Shown here piece by piece: positions 1 to 12,199 of a DNA stretch of 64,000 bases (position 1 is its first letter; each line of letters starts with the position of its first letter). Under the pieces are notes generated by a model that had not been told where the DNA came from, ran no database searches, and saw only the letters and a program-made list of their open reading frames with translations. Position numbers and translations under genes: made by a program. This stretch comes from Macrostomum hystrix (lineage: Eukaryota > Animalia > Platyhelminthes), in the NCBI GenBank assembly GCA_950097015.1, contig CATNEN010000038.1:35092001-35156000 (forward strand), given 5' to 3'.

Positions 1-108
1 TCCTCGTGTCACTTTTGCAGTTTATAAAGTAACTTTATCCGTCCTCAAATTAACCATTACAATCTTCTGTTATTTCGCATTTCTAAGATTGTCCACTTGC
101 ATGTCCTT

Positions 109-300
109 CAGTAGACTGACTCTGAACACCAACCTGCTCTCCAGTAGACTGACTTTGTACACCAACCTGCTCTCCAGTAGACTGACTTTGTACACCAACC
201 TGCTCTCCAGTAGACTGACTTTGTACACCAACCTGCTCTCCAGTAGACTGACTTTGTACACCAACCTGCTCTCCAGTAGACTGACTTTGTACACCAACCT
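109..300. repeat. 33-bp minisatellite, ~6 copies, in the last TOP2 intron
   Basis: Unit agtagactgactttgtacaccaacctgctctcc seen in tandem. Confidence 0.95.
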
Positions 301-376
301 GACACTAGCCGCTTGCTAGTTAAAATGTATATTAAACTGTACGCCGTTCATTCATTCTTGCGTCGCCGCACTCCAG

Positions 377-1222
377 AAGGCCGCAGCTGGTAGCAAAGCC
401 GGCGGCAAGGGCGGCAAAGGCGCAGGAGTGGCGATCGAGGTGCCGCGAGTGTCGCCAACCGTGGTGGAGCCGGCCATGGAGGAGCCGGCCAAGCCAAAGC
501 AGTCGAAGCCGAAGGCCGCAAAGACAGAGAAGGGCCAGCTAAAACTCAGCGACGTGGGCTTTAAGAAAAAAGCGGCAGCAGACGCCGATCCATTTGCCGA
601 CAGCGACTTAGACGACGAAGCTGACGAGAAGGCCAAGCTGCCGCTGTGGAAGCGAGTCAGCCTATCCAAGCCAGAGGCCGCCGCTGAGCTCGCCGAATTT
701 GCCGGCACCTCGGCCGACGACGCCCCGGCCGCAGCCAAGACCAAGAAACGCATGCTTCTGGGGCCCAACACCTTAAGCGAGCCGGCCGTCAAGAAGCCGC
801 GCCAGAAGAAGCAGTCAGGCGACGCAGCTGCTACCTCAAAGCCGCCCAAAGCAGCGGCCGGTGGTAAAAAGAAGATCACGGATGTGGCTGGTCCGTCGAA
901 GAAGAAAACGACAGCGAAGCAGCAGCCGCGATTTTCTTGGGAGAGCAGCGAAGGTGAGACCAAAGCCAAGAAGAAATCAGCTACGGAAAACGAGAGCGAC
1001 GAAGACGAGGACGACTTCGATTTTAGCGGCAACAGCGATGACTCCGACGCTGGCAAGCGTCGTCAACGCAAGTCGGATTCTCCGCCGCCGCCACCGCGGG
1101 AGCGTGTCGGCAGGCGCGGCGCCGCTGCCAAAGCCAAGTACGTGTTCGACGACAGCTCGGATGAGGAGGGCGACCGTGTCACCGGCAAGCGACGCGACAG
1201 TCTGGACTCGGTGGACGATTGA
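377..1222 (+). CDS. TOP2: DNA topoisomerase II, terminal exon (disordered Lys/acidic C-terminal tail)
   Basis: Acceptor ctccag at 371-376, phase 0, open to TGA at 1222. Starts KAAAGSKAGGKGGKGAGVAIEVPRVSP and ends PPPRERVGRRGAAAKAKYVFDDSSDEE, resembling the TOP2 C-terminal PR..R...K..Y...SDED motif. AATAAA at 1472. Catalytic domains would lie upstream of the window. Confidence 0.7.
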   Translation, partial: KAAAGSKAGGKGGKGAGVAIEVPRVSPTVVEPAMEEPAKPKQSKPKAAKTEKGQLKLSDVGFKKKAAADADPFADSDLDDEADEKAKLPLWKRVSLSKPEAAAELAEFAGTSADDAPAAAKTKKRMLLGPNTLSEPAVKKPRQKKQSGDAAATSKPPKAAAGGKKKITDVAGPSKKKTTAKQQPRFSWESSEGETKAKKKSATENESDEDEDDFDFSGNSDDSDAGKRRQRKSDSPPPPPRERVGRRGAAAKAKYVFDDSSDEEGDRVTGKRRDSLDSVDD

Positions 1223-3005
1223 TGCTAAAAGCTATTGAAATGGAATTCGAACTCGCAACCGTTAAAAAGTGTGATACGCATCATCCCTGGTAATTGCGAT
1301 GGCTATTTAGCCATGATAACAGACAAAATTGCTTTATTAATGCAAACTTAATTAGTCTTCTAAATTCGTCGCATTTTTTATCCTGGTTGCATTCTATAAA
1401 CTATCTATAATAGTTGCATTTTTTGCCTTAAATCGTTCGTTACTTGTTTTGTCGTTTTAAAACTAACATACAATAAAGCTAATGCAATTCAGCTACAAAT
1501 TAATCTACGCTCGTAGCAGCCTTCAGTACAGCTAGCAAAAAAATGTTCGTAGTTTAACTCGCGTTTATTAAATTCTATTTTGTTACTCATTTTTACACCC
1601 TCAAACTCCTACATTCATTTTGGTTTTTAAGTCTTCAATTGCTCTCTATTTATTCGCTATTTAACCGCAAATTATGTAATGTTTATTTTTGCTGTTTTTT
1701 TTTTAATAATTAAAAGTGCTTGAAACGCGGACGCAAAATACAGTGCAATTTAGCTAACAGCAAACCATTTTTACTGCTTCAATTTAAAGTTAGTTGACAA
1801 CAAGTTACATGCATTTAACATCTACGCTTTGTCTATTAAATTTCTCATTGTTAAATAATTTATTATATCGAACATCAATAATAATTTATATGTACAGTCA
1901 CTGGAAGCAGATCCAGTTTCGAAATTAGGAACGAAATTTAAATGTTATTAATTTAAAACACCATTTTGCTACTTATTTCATTAGATTATTGCTATGTGTG
2001 GTAATATTGGGGTTAAATCTAATTGAAAAAGACGAAAAATTGTTTACTTAACAGTTACTGTAGGATTCATCATCTCTAAGGACCTGTTTATATTTAGAGT
2101 CCATTCTGCATGCGCAATGAATGACATGACATTGTGGAATTCCGTGTGCCCGACAACCCACCGAAACCTAAACACTCACCCCACTCCACGCATGTACAAA
2201 AAAGTGCCGAAAACGGGACTGAAAGTTCCGAGCCGAAAAGTTCTTGACATTCACCGGCTCACTCTGGTCCTGACGGCCAATAGATAGTGACGAAGTTAGA
2301 GTACCGTCAATGATATTTTATACACAAAGCGCTTCGCTCAGAAATCGAAAGTCTAAGCATAAAAATTTCCAGAAAGAAAGGAATGGTGCAAAGGAAGCGA
2401 AGCAAAATTGATTGCAGCTTGATATTATTGAATAATAAAGTAAAACAAACAAATAGATTATCGTGATACTTGGCGTAGAAGGTACAATTACGAATTGAAA
2501 ACAAATAAAAGAACACGGGACAATCTACGTCATGCGAAAAAAATGATCACAGTATGTTCATTCAAACCGTTATAGACATTTGAAAATGTGCCGATATGTG
2601 TTGTCGGTAAATGCAGCATTAACAATAACTGATACTGCTGAAGTGCCGATAAGTGCATTAATTATCTTAATGCTAATGTTTTGGCATAGATATTTAATTT
2701 AGAACTGGACTTTATGTATGCTGCATATCAGTATAGCTAGGTCATAGGACTAGGTCTTGTATCAAGTTATCAACTCTAATAAATTCGAGGGAAAGTAATA
2801 GGACATATTATTTCTTATATTTCTTCTATTGCATTGCAAATGCTGGCCTTGCTAAACCACATCTGATATGACAAATCTGACAAAATTAGTCTAGGCCCTA
2901 AATTTCCTGATCAATAAAAACATTCTGTATAGCTATTTTCATATTATAAACAGTTTCTTTTCCATTTGGCTGTAGGCCTATGCCTAGGGCCTATAGTGCC
3001 TAGCC

Positions 3006-3665
3006 TAGGGTAAGGTATCATCAACCGAACAGTGTATCTTCAAAACTGAACAAGAATTTTGACTCCTTTCTTGGTCTTGTGCAAGACAGAAACAAGCTAG
3101 GGGCCTATTGTGTTTCACAGAACAACTAATTTGAAATTTGAAGAAATTATCTACAAGCTGAGGCATGATGTGCAATGAAGCATTAAGAGGAAAGAAAGAT
3201 ATTCATGTTTCAGTAGAAATTTTTATAGTAAAAGCATACATTTTAACAAAAAATTTTCAGTATGTACTTTAGATGAAGATTGTATATGGTTGCTTGCCAA
3301 TTAAATGACCATAAATGTAGTTATTTATAGAGCATGAAAAATGCTTTCCTGGATGACATAATTCATGATAGTTCACTCCTTAAAATAAGATTAAACCACT
3401 CACTCAAATTGTAAAAGCAAACATCAAATTCTATGTTTGGTTTGAAGATACATGAAAATCATTGTTCGGTTTTAGATAAAAAGCAGGAATAACTTTTTTC
3501 TATTTGACAAAATAGCAAAAGCAGATACTTTTTAGAAAGATATAACTGTTTTCTATAACTTGGCTTTTGATTTATCATGATATCTTAAATAGAAAATCTG
3601 TAGGCCTAGCTTAGGTTTGAAGTTAAAAAAATGCACATTCTTGTTTGGTTGATCATACATTACCC
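3006..3665. mobile_element. Non-autonomous DNA transposon (MITE), copy 1
   Basis: TIRs (TA)GGGTAAGGTATCATCAACCGAACA ... TGTTTGGTTGATCATACATTACCC; body homologous to 3956-4985. Confidence 0.8.
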
Positions 3666-3955
3666 CCCACTATTCCTTAATTAATTTTTCTGAATTATAT
3701 TTATGTTATATGTTTTGAAATAATTCTTCAGGGCAAATCATAATTACCTATCTAATTATAAAAGCTAAGCTACGCCTATTGTTTATTATAGGCCTAGGCC
3801 TACTATTTATAGCCATGGCCCTGTTACTGTTTGACCTAGCTATTAAACACAAATTTTAGATATCTTTTCTGTAGTCTAGATCATGCTTAGTGCACTCCAG
3901 AAAAAATTGAAAAGGGGAGACTGAGTGTCCCTCCCCTATCACACACTTAGAATCT

Positions 3956-4985
3956 TAGGGTAATGTATCATCAACCAAACAGTGTATCATCAAAACCAAA
4001 CAAGAATTTTGACTCCTTCCTTGGTCTTGTGCAAGACAGAAACAAGCTAGGCCTATTGTATTTCACAGAACAACTATTTTGAATGTCAATGAAATTATTT
4101 ACAAGCTAAGGCATGACATGCAATGAAGCATTAAAAGGAAAAAAAGATATGGATGTTTCAGTAGAAATTTTTATCACAAAAGCATACTTTTTAACAGCAT
4201 TTTTTCAGCATGTACTTAAGACTAAGATTGTATGTGGTTGCTTTCCGATTAAATTACCATAAATGTATGTAACAGGGCTTATGACTCTACTTTTCTCTCT
4301 CTTGGTAGCGTATCTCTTGGCACAAGTGGTTTATCCTTCTAAGGCATTGGTCTCTTATTTTCCTGTCTTTGCTGGGCATTTTCCGTGGATCACAGCCTCA
4401 AATAACCAACTCAACACTTGAACACCTTCTTACTCAGTTATAGCTTATTTGCTTTTCGCCACACTGGCACGTTGCTTTGTCTCACAGGAATTGCACTTAT
4501 TTATATACTCAAAAAATGTTTGTTAAAATTAATGAATTTGATAGAATATTTATAATATTTTACATATAAAAATATTTAGTGCATTTAAACAAAGAGCAAA
4601 AGTATGAATTTGACTTTAAAAATGATAAAAGCATCCCTACTACATGTAGTTATTTATAGAGCATGAAAAATGCTTTCAAATGACATAATTCATGATAGAT
4701 CACTCCTTAAAATAAGATTAAACCACTCAATCAAATTTTAAAACCGAACATCAAATTCTCTGTTTGGTTTGAAGATACATGAAAATCATTGTTTGGTTTT
4801 AGATGAAAAACATGAATAACTTTTTTCTATTTGACAAAATTGCAAAAGCAGATACTATTTAGAAGACAAAACAGTTTTCTATAACTTGGATTTTGATTTA
4901 TCATGATATCTTAAATAGAAAATCTGTAGCTTAGGTTTGAAGTTAAAAATGCATATTCTTGTTCGGTTGATGATACATTACCCTA
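3956..4985. mobile_element. MITE copy 2, TA-flanked, with internal insertion
   Basis: TA-GGGTAATGTATCATCAACCAAACA ... TGTTCGGTTGATGATACATTACCC-TA; TA flanks fit a Tc1/mariner-superfamily TSD. Confidence 0.85.
4268..4644. mobile_element. TGT..ACA element (solo LTR or Ginger-like non-autonomous element) nested in the MITE
   Basis: Absent from MITE copy 1; 4-bp TSD TGTA at 4264-4267 and 4645-4648; termini TGTAACAGGG/CCCTACTACA. Confidence 0.75.
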
Positions 4986-5593
4986 ATAGAAAAAGTTTTG
5001 TAAAACAAAACAGCATTTTTATAGAGAACAAAACACATTTTATAATTCAGACCAGAGCAAATTAACATAAAACAGAGCATTGCAAACTTATGTATATATA
5101 GAGCAGAGTAGTACAATGTTATGAATAGAAAACAGGCAAACTGAATATCATTTTAACCTATGTTCTTCAAGGTTGAAGCAACAACTTTCATTTCATGTTT
5201 GGGTCAAAATATACAATATACTATTTTTAGTGTCTGATCCAGTGGTATCAAACCACGTCAAGTTGGAGTAACAGGGGAGGCAATGGGAGATGGTCCAACA
5301 TGGGACATCTGGGACTGCCTGCCACAGAAATTGGCATGTTATTCGAAATTTCGGTAGGGGTAACTTTTATGCGCTTTGGCCAAATCACAGGTAGTTTTAC
5401 CATGACTCGTAAAAGAGTTGGGTCTAACATTTCATTTACATTATATTGATACATGCTTCTTTGGTTGCCATGGCAACTGGAAACATGTCATATTCAACAC
5501 CCACAAAAATAATGGACCTCGGAAAGTAATAAACCACTGAATAAAATAATATTATTGATTATTTTGTCACATTGTACAACTTGGCCATGTCAC

Positions 5594-5953
5594 TTAGCTG
5601 TGCCAGCTCCTGAAAGACTCCCCGATGCACAGGGTAGGTGTTCCAGGACAGGAAGGGCAGACAAACACTGTCTTCTTTGGGATGTGGCGCGCGCTGCACA
5701 TGCGGCATTGATTGCTGGGCTGAATGTGAGCAGCAGTAAGTGGAGCTTTGCTTGGAGAGTGCTGCGCCAGACCTGCTGGTACAGCAGCCACTGCATTTGC
5801 CCTGGCAATGAAGATTCGCCTGCCCCTGCCAGTCTCATCTACCAAATTCCTGATCACTTTATGAAGAAACTCGACAAAGGGCTTGGTGCCACCATGCTGG
5901 CAGTAGACAATCCACAAGTTGCGAGGTGGGGGGTCACTGCCAAATCCATGCAA
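5594..5953 (-). pseudogene. piggyBac transposase C-terminal remnant (cysteine-rich domain)
   Basis: NLWIVYCQH...FVEFLHKVIRNLV...CRMCSARHIPKKTVFVCPSCPGTPTLCIGESFRSWH fits the piggyBac CRD; no catalytic DDD core or TTAA-CCC ends found. Confidence 0.75.
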
Positions 5954-6272
5954 TTGAGGCCACCCATGCTCTTTGAGTAGGCCATCATGGTCACTGGCTT
6001 TGCCACCACCTGCTGCTCACCTCCCAATGGATGCAAGGCATGTTCATGCATGCAGCTTGCTGAGCAGTGTCCAGGAAGTAAACTGTCTTCCCGCTGCTCT
6101 TGCAGTCCCCGAACTGTTTTCTATGAACCCAATTGCTAGATTTTTCATTTAACAAGTTCGTAAATTCTGGCTGGCGGATTCAAAGAGGTATATAGCACTT
6201 TGTAACTAAAAATAAATATTTTTTTCAGGAAGAAAAACAGCTAATTTGATTGAAAACCAAAAAAGGTAAACA

Positions 6273-6623
6273 ATGAGAAACGGCAGCAGCAGCGGCGCTG
6301 GCGGCAGCTCGCACGACTGGCACTCGGAGCAGACCCTTCTAGATGAGAATGATCGCCGCGCTGAGGCCCTAGCGGCCAAGCTGGCTGTGCTTCGCAGTCA
6401 CGCCGGCGATATCAAACGCGAGACTGAGCGTTCTCACACAGTTCTAGACGGGCTTAGTGCAGATTTTGGCACAGCGCACGATCTGTTGGGTAACACGCTG
6501 AGTCGGGTGCGCAGCTTTGGCAATAGGGCCGCCAACGATCGTAGGCTAATGTGTTACATTATCGGCGGATCATTGCTGGCTTTTCTATTCTTCTATTATG
6601 TTTTGCTGTCTGTTGCTAGGTAG
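6273..6623 (+). CDS. BET1L: BET1-like Golgi Qc-SNARE (GS15), single coding exon
   Basis: LLDENDRRAEALAAKLAVLRSHAGDIKRE...LDGLSADF SNARE helix plus C-terminal TM (RRLMCYIIGGSLLAFLFFYYVL); strong acceptor ttttttcag ends at 6228. Confidence 0.85.
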   Translation: MRNGSSSGAGGSSHDWHSEQTLLDENDRRAEALAAKLAVLRSHAGDIKRETERSHTVLDGLSADFGTAHDLLGNTLSRVRSFGNRAANDRRLMCYIIGGSLLAFLFFYYVLLSVAR

Positions 6624-6888
6624 AGGTGTCTTGTCTTTTTTGTTACAAAGTTCACATGATAAATGTTTTCATTATCATATAGACTATCGTTTTTCAATGC
6701 ATTTTTAATGAAGCTGTTAAGTCACGATAAATTGCCATAGATTATGAGCGAGAAATTCACTGTTTTTATTAACTTAAGCAACAAGAGCTTTAACAGGAAA
6801 AATATCAAGGATATAGCAAAGTAAACGAATACCAAAGTATTTAATTTTCGACAGTTAAGACTTATAAGTAAGAGCTATATATTCTTTG

Positions 6889-7269
6889 TTAGATGTTGAA
6901 CGTGCACCCATCGAAGAGGCAGTTGGCAAACATCGGCTGTTGCACACTTCGCATGTCAACTTGAGCTTGCTGCATGACTGTTGCACTAGTGGTTGCACTC
7001 GTAGTCGCCTCGGTTGGTGGGGCCAAATTGTCACTAACAGCGGTAGCAACCTTCCTGAGGGTTCTGTCACGCTTGCGTGCGAGATAACGTCGAACAGTTG
7101 ACTCCGATCGTTGTCCCGTTACCGCCATTATCTCACCCATAGGCATTCCTTTGTCGAAAAGATCCGCAATACGCGTGACGCGTATGCAGTGATTCGTATA
7201 CTGCTTGGAGAGGTTGCACACACTACTAACGTGCTTCATGAATGCAGCCAACCAATTGACACCGCGCAC
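6889..7269 (-). pseudogene. Crypton-type tyrosine recombinase C-terminal remnant (DUF3504/KCTD1-like)
   Basis: GVNWLAAFMK...YTNHCIRVT...IMAVTGQRSESTVRRY (HxxR box, catalytic Y, box II H replaced by Q) and terminal FANCLFDGCTFNI; N-terminal half missing. Confidence 0.8.
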
Positions 7270-8045
7270 TTGCGTAGCAGATTTTGATAGCGAATTTGTC
7301 CTCCCGAATTGTTAGTCAGAGGGCGCGGAAAGAACGAGTACGAATTCTGCGGTAACAAACTCTGATAATGCACTCGCCACTCGTGACTGGGATCATTATC
7401 CAAGTCTGAAACCATAGACTTAATCTACTAATGAATTTGTAAGAAGTATCATTTAATGTCAGTGTCATTGTAATTTCGGGACTAGAGAAAGTTTTTCTTG
7501 CCATTTCTGTGATTTTAAAGTATACGTTGTTTCTCTTATTTCATGAGTGATTTCAGCTGATTGTACTAAGTTGAGGTTTTGCTTCTTAATTGCTTTGCTG
7601 CCAAAAAAATAAATGCAATTATTATCCAGTTGCACTTGGTACACTAGGTATAGTTCTGGTTTTGCCTTTGGTATTATTCTATTTCAAAATGAGCTTTAAT
7701 AAAAACATATGATATTCTCAGATGGGGTTCTCAGCGCATCATTTGGTGACAGAGTCCCGCAGCCAGCGAGAATACGATTCTGCCCAATGCGCTCACTCCT
7801 CAACTCCTGACACCGCACGCAGGTGGTTTTTGCCATCAGACGCCTCGACGAGAGTCGTTGAATATCTCGACGATGCCAATGTTCTTTTTATTCTTGAAGT
7901 TGTTTCATGGCGATTAATTGAATATTTTGGGACATAATACAGATTGAATCAACGGCCCTAATGAATGTAGTTTCGCTGCGGATTCGAGCTCGGGATCCCC
8001 ATTAACTTCTCAACTGCTCGCCCCGCAGCAATCCTTCAAAGCCAG

Positions 8046-8531
8046 ATGATGACTTCGCCGGACACTAATTTAATGAATAGGAAGCGCAGACGGTCCAGCG
8101 AAGCTGTCGCCGGGCCTGACGCGTCGCCGGCCTTCATCATCGATACGCAGCCATCGGAGGCTCTAGCCGTCCTGACCGAGACAGGCCAGTCCACCGCGGC
8201 TTTGACAACTTCAGAATCGTCCTCAGACGAGTCCGCCAATGGGCAAACAAAGCAGCAGAAGAATAAAAGCCGATTTCATCATCGCAAATCTGCCGGCGCA
8301 GTCTGGCAGGATGACGACGATGACAGCGCCGATGAGAAGGCTCCGGAGGTTAAGCAATCTGTCGATGAGAAGACTCGCAAGAATCAGCGGCGTCGTCGGC
8401 AACACGGTAGAATAGAATTTCTGGCAGCTTTCGGCCCCACGCCTCACTATTTGGATGTTGAGCATAGACTCAAGTCGGAGGAAGCCAATGAACTGGACGA
8501 AGATGACGAGGAGGAAGCTAGGGCTGTTCAG
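8046..8531 (+). CDS. UTP18: UTP18 (WD40 SSU processome subunit), exon 1
   Basis: ATG directly after cag; AFIID and AVWQDDDD motifs; donor GT at 8532. Five exons total 1521 nt (506 aa) with consistent phases. Confidence 0.85.
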
Positions 8532-8948
8532 GTTTGAAAATTGTTTCTACTTGTAATTTGGCGAGGCATTTAACTATGTAAATTTTGGTATAGTTACCCA
8601 TGCTGTTTACCCGAGCACTAATTTGCCGATGCTTTGGGCACTAAGGCATCGATATTTTTCAAAGCTTTCAGCATGCACTTTAATTTTTTTAAATAAAAAA
8701 ATAAAAGTACATTATTACTTTTTTCAACTTTTTCACCAGCCTGCTAAACTTTTTCTAAGAATCGTAGTTTCCCGTCGTTCAATATACTCCTAGCGGACAT
8801 TGTGAAAAGTTTGTAGGCCAACTGACAGATGCGTTAGTATTAAGTAGATAAAATAAATGATAATATTCCCGCCCCCTTTACACTACTGACAGTGGCATAG
8901 AAAAGAAAAAAACGTAAAAATAATTTTCTATTGCTTGCGGATTACTAG

Positions 8949-9125
8949 GTGCTGGCTAGTCGTCGAGCCGGTGGCGACCTTCCTCCGCGTCGTCTGGACT
9001 ACGAGCGACTAGCCGACGCTAATAAAGAGTCGCCATCGCATCGGCGCTTGACATCCGTACAGTTCAATCCCTTGGCCAGGGTGCTGCTGACGGCTAGTAC
9101 GGATCAACGATTTGCTCTGTTTCAG
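8949..9125 (+). CDS. UTP18: UTP18 exon 2
   Basis: LDYERLADANKESPSHRRLTSVQFNPLARVLLTASTDQRFALFQ; tag acceptor, gtgag donor. Confidence 0.9.
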
Positions 9126-9186
9126 GTGAGAACTAATTAGCGACTGATTCTTTTAGAGATCCTTAATTATTTCCTTCTTCTTAATT

Positions 9187-9490
9187 CCGCGGTGAGGCCA
9201 CATTAAATTGATAGAAGGCTTCGGGGCTTGTCGTGCAATTTAACGCCCTTGAGGGCAACCTCCAAGGCACAGTGAAATGTACACTGCCTGACGATGAGAA
9301 AGTCAGGGCAGATGTACACACCTGTGTGAGTGAATGCCTGCGTACAGTATCTGTGTGCGTGTGTGCTCAGGAGTCAGCGAAATTGGCAGAATTGGTTCCT
9401 CGCTGGCTGCGGGTCTATTGTGTCACCAAATAATGTGCCATTGCCCGCAGCCCTCCTGCAATTATAATAACTATTATTATCATTATCCAC
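9187..9490 (+). mobile_element. SINE-like retroelement, copy A (UTP18 intron 2)
   Basis: Homologous to 17330-17515 and, inverted, to 60190-60495; ends in a GGCTGCGGG/CCCGCAGCC hairpin and an (ATT/TAA)-rich tail. Confidence 0.75.
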
Positions 9491-10545
9491 TTCTTCTAGA
9501 GATGTCTGTCAGTTTTTTATTGAGATGTCTGTCAGTTTCTTCTAGAGATGTGTGCCAGTTTCTTCTAGAGATGTCTGTCAGTTTCTTCTAGAGATGTCTG
9601 TCAGTTTCTTCTAGAGATGTCTGTCAGTTTTTTATTGAGATGTCTGTCAGTTTCTTCTAGAGATGTGTGCCAGTTTCTTCTAGAGATGTCTGTCAGTTTC
9701 TTCTAGAGATGTCTGTCAGTTTCTTTTAGAGATGTCTGCCAGTTTCTTCTAGAGATGTCTGTCAGTTTCTTCTAGAGATGTCTGTCAGTTTCTTCTAGAG
9801 ATGTCTGTCAGTTTCTTCTAGAGATGTCTGTCAGTTTCTTCTAGAGATGTCTGTCATTTTCTTCTAGAGATGTCTGCCAGTTTCTTCTAGAGATGTCTGT
9901 CATTTTCTTCTAGAGATGTCTGTCAGTTTCTTCTAGAGATGTCTGCCAGTTTCTTCTAGAGATGTCTGTCAGTTTCTTCTAGAGATGTCTGTCAGTTTCT
10001 TCTAGAGATGTCTGTCATTTTCTTCTAGAGATGTCTGCCAGTTTCTTCTAGAGATGTCTGTCAGTTTCTTCTAGAGATGTCTGTCAGTTTCTTCTAGAGA
10101 TGTCTGTCAGTTTCTTCTAGAGATGTCTGTCAGTTTCTTCTAGAGATGTCTGTCATTTTCTTCTAGAGATGTCTGCCAGTTTCTTCTAGAGATGTCTGTC
10201 AGTTTCTTCTAGAGATGTCTGTCAGTTTCTTCTAGAGATGTCTGTCAGTTTCTTCTAGAGATGTCTGTCAGTTTCTTCTAGAGATGTCTGTCAGTTTCTT
10301 CTAGAGATGTCTGTCAGTTTCTTCTAGAGATGTCTGCCAGTTTCTTCTAGAGATGTCTGTCAGTTTCTTCTAGAGATGTCTGCCAGTTTCTTCTAGAGAT
10401 GTCTGTCAGTTTCTTCTAGAGATGTGTGTCAGTTTCTTTTAGAGATGTCTGTCAGTTTCTTCTAGAGATGTGTGTCAGTTTCTTCTAGAGATGTCTGTCA
10501 GTTTCTTCTATAGATGTCTGTCAGTTTCTTCTAGAGATGTCAGTT
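9490..10545. repeat. 23-bp minisatellite
   Basis: Unit agtttcttctagagatgtctgtc. Confidence 0.95.
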
Positions 10546-10712
10546 AGTCTCTATCAGAGATACATCCGCTCACTTCTTTGTCATGTCCGTATTTCTGTCT
10601 GTTCTTGTTATCTTTAAGTCGCGACAAGTCAAGCTAGTCCGAACTGGCTAGTTTGACTGAAAAAAAAAATTTGTCTTGCCTAAATCCTCGTTTTCTCAAT
10701 CTTATTCTGCAG

Positions 10713-10890
10713 GTTGACCCTGACAGGCCGGTATTTGACCGTCTGCACTCGCATCACATGCCCGGCTTTCCAGTGCACTGCGCTAGGTTCTCGCCAGACG
10801 GCAATCACATTGTTCTGTCTAGTGTCCATCGTAGCTTCCGACTGTTTGATATTGGCACGGAGCGTCTCATCCATGTGCCCCGATTGCTTG
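10713..10890 (+). CDS. UTP18: UTP18 exon 3
   Basis: VD...GFPVHCARFSPDG; ctgcag acceptor, gtaag donor (phase 1). Confidence 0.9.
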
Positions 10891-10897
10891 GTAAGAT

Positions 10898-11725
10898 TGT
10901 CATTCCGATGCTAGATGGCTGACATTCCGATTCTAGATGGCTGACATTCCAATTCTAGATGTCTGACATTCCGATTCTAGATGGTTGACATTCCGATGCT
11001 AGATAGCTGACATTCCGATTCTAGATGGCTGACATTCCGATGCTAGATAGCTGACATTCCGATTCTAGATGGCTGACATTCCGATGCTAGATAGCTGACA
11101 TTCCGATTCTAGATAGCTGACATTCCGATTCTAGATAGCTGACATTCCGATTCTAGATAGCTGACATTCCGATTCTAGATGGCTGACATTCCGATGCTAG
11201 ATAGCTGACATTCCGATTCTAGATGGCTGACATTCCGATGCTAGATAGCTGACATTCCGATTCTAGATAGCTGACATTCCGATTCTAGATAGCTGACATT
11301 CCGATTCTAGATGGCTGACATTCCGATGCTAGATAGCTGACATTCCGATTCTAGATGGTTGACATTCCGATGCTAGATAGCTGACATTCCGATTCTAGAT
11401 GGCTGACATTCCGATGCTAGATAGCTGACATTCCGATTCTAGATGGCTGACATTCCGATGCTAGATAGCTGACATTCCGATTCTAGATAGCTGACATTCC
11501 GATTCTAGATAGCTGACATTCCGATTCTAGATGGCTGACATTCCGATTCTAGATAGCTGAGATTCCGATTCTAGATAGCTGAGATTCCGATTCTAGATAG
11601 CTGACATTGCGATGCTAGATAGCTGACATTCCGATTCTAGATAGCTGAGATTCCGATGCTAGATAGCTGACATTCCGATTCTACATGGCTGACATTCCGA
11701 TTCTAGATTGCTGACATTCCGATGC
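10898..11725. repeat. 22-bp minisatellite starting immediately after the exon 3 donor
   Basis: Unit ctgacattccgattctagatag/gg. Confidence 0.95.
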
Positions 11726-12199
11726 AATTTTTTTAAATTTTTTAGTATTTAAAAGTAGTATGGCATTGTATCTCATCATCTCATCATTCACGATGATAAG
11801 GCGGGTGCTTTAAAGCTTGGCTGTGTTGAGCTGCAAACTGCGAATTTCGTCTTGCTAGCGGTGCATTGTCGCTTCTTCTATTCTCCTGTCGACTCATTCA
11901 TAGCTTTCATTGGACTAAAACACATCGTTAAAAAGCTCTGCTTGACTAAATCTCATCGAGCCCTGGCATTTTGTTTGCTACTCGGTTCGGTTATAATATA
12001 GGCTCTTATTCTTGTAGCTAGATGTATGACATAATAGAAAGGTTTGCATCTGATTCAGCATTAGTCGGTTTTTTTAACAAAGCCGCTTTGCCTTGCTTAA
12101 GAGGAGTTGTTTGCAGCAGCTGTGTCTGACGGAAAAATTATTGGATGCCTTCGTTTACTGTAGACCTACAGTAACATAGTTGACTGTTTCCTAGTTTTT

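Noticed and set aside
352-1238. Antisense and alternative-frame ORFs over the TOP2 exon
   Set aside because: Shadow ORFs of a GC-rich coding exon
3006-4985. hAT classification of the TAGGG-ended MITE
   Set aside because: No 8-bp TSD on the intact copy; a TA duplication fits better
9280-9320. CTGACGA..GAAA in the SINE-like body as a hammerhead ribozyme
   Set aside because: Only 3 nt separate the boxes, so there is no stem II or III; the segment forms a simple hairpin
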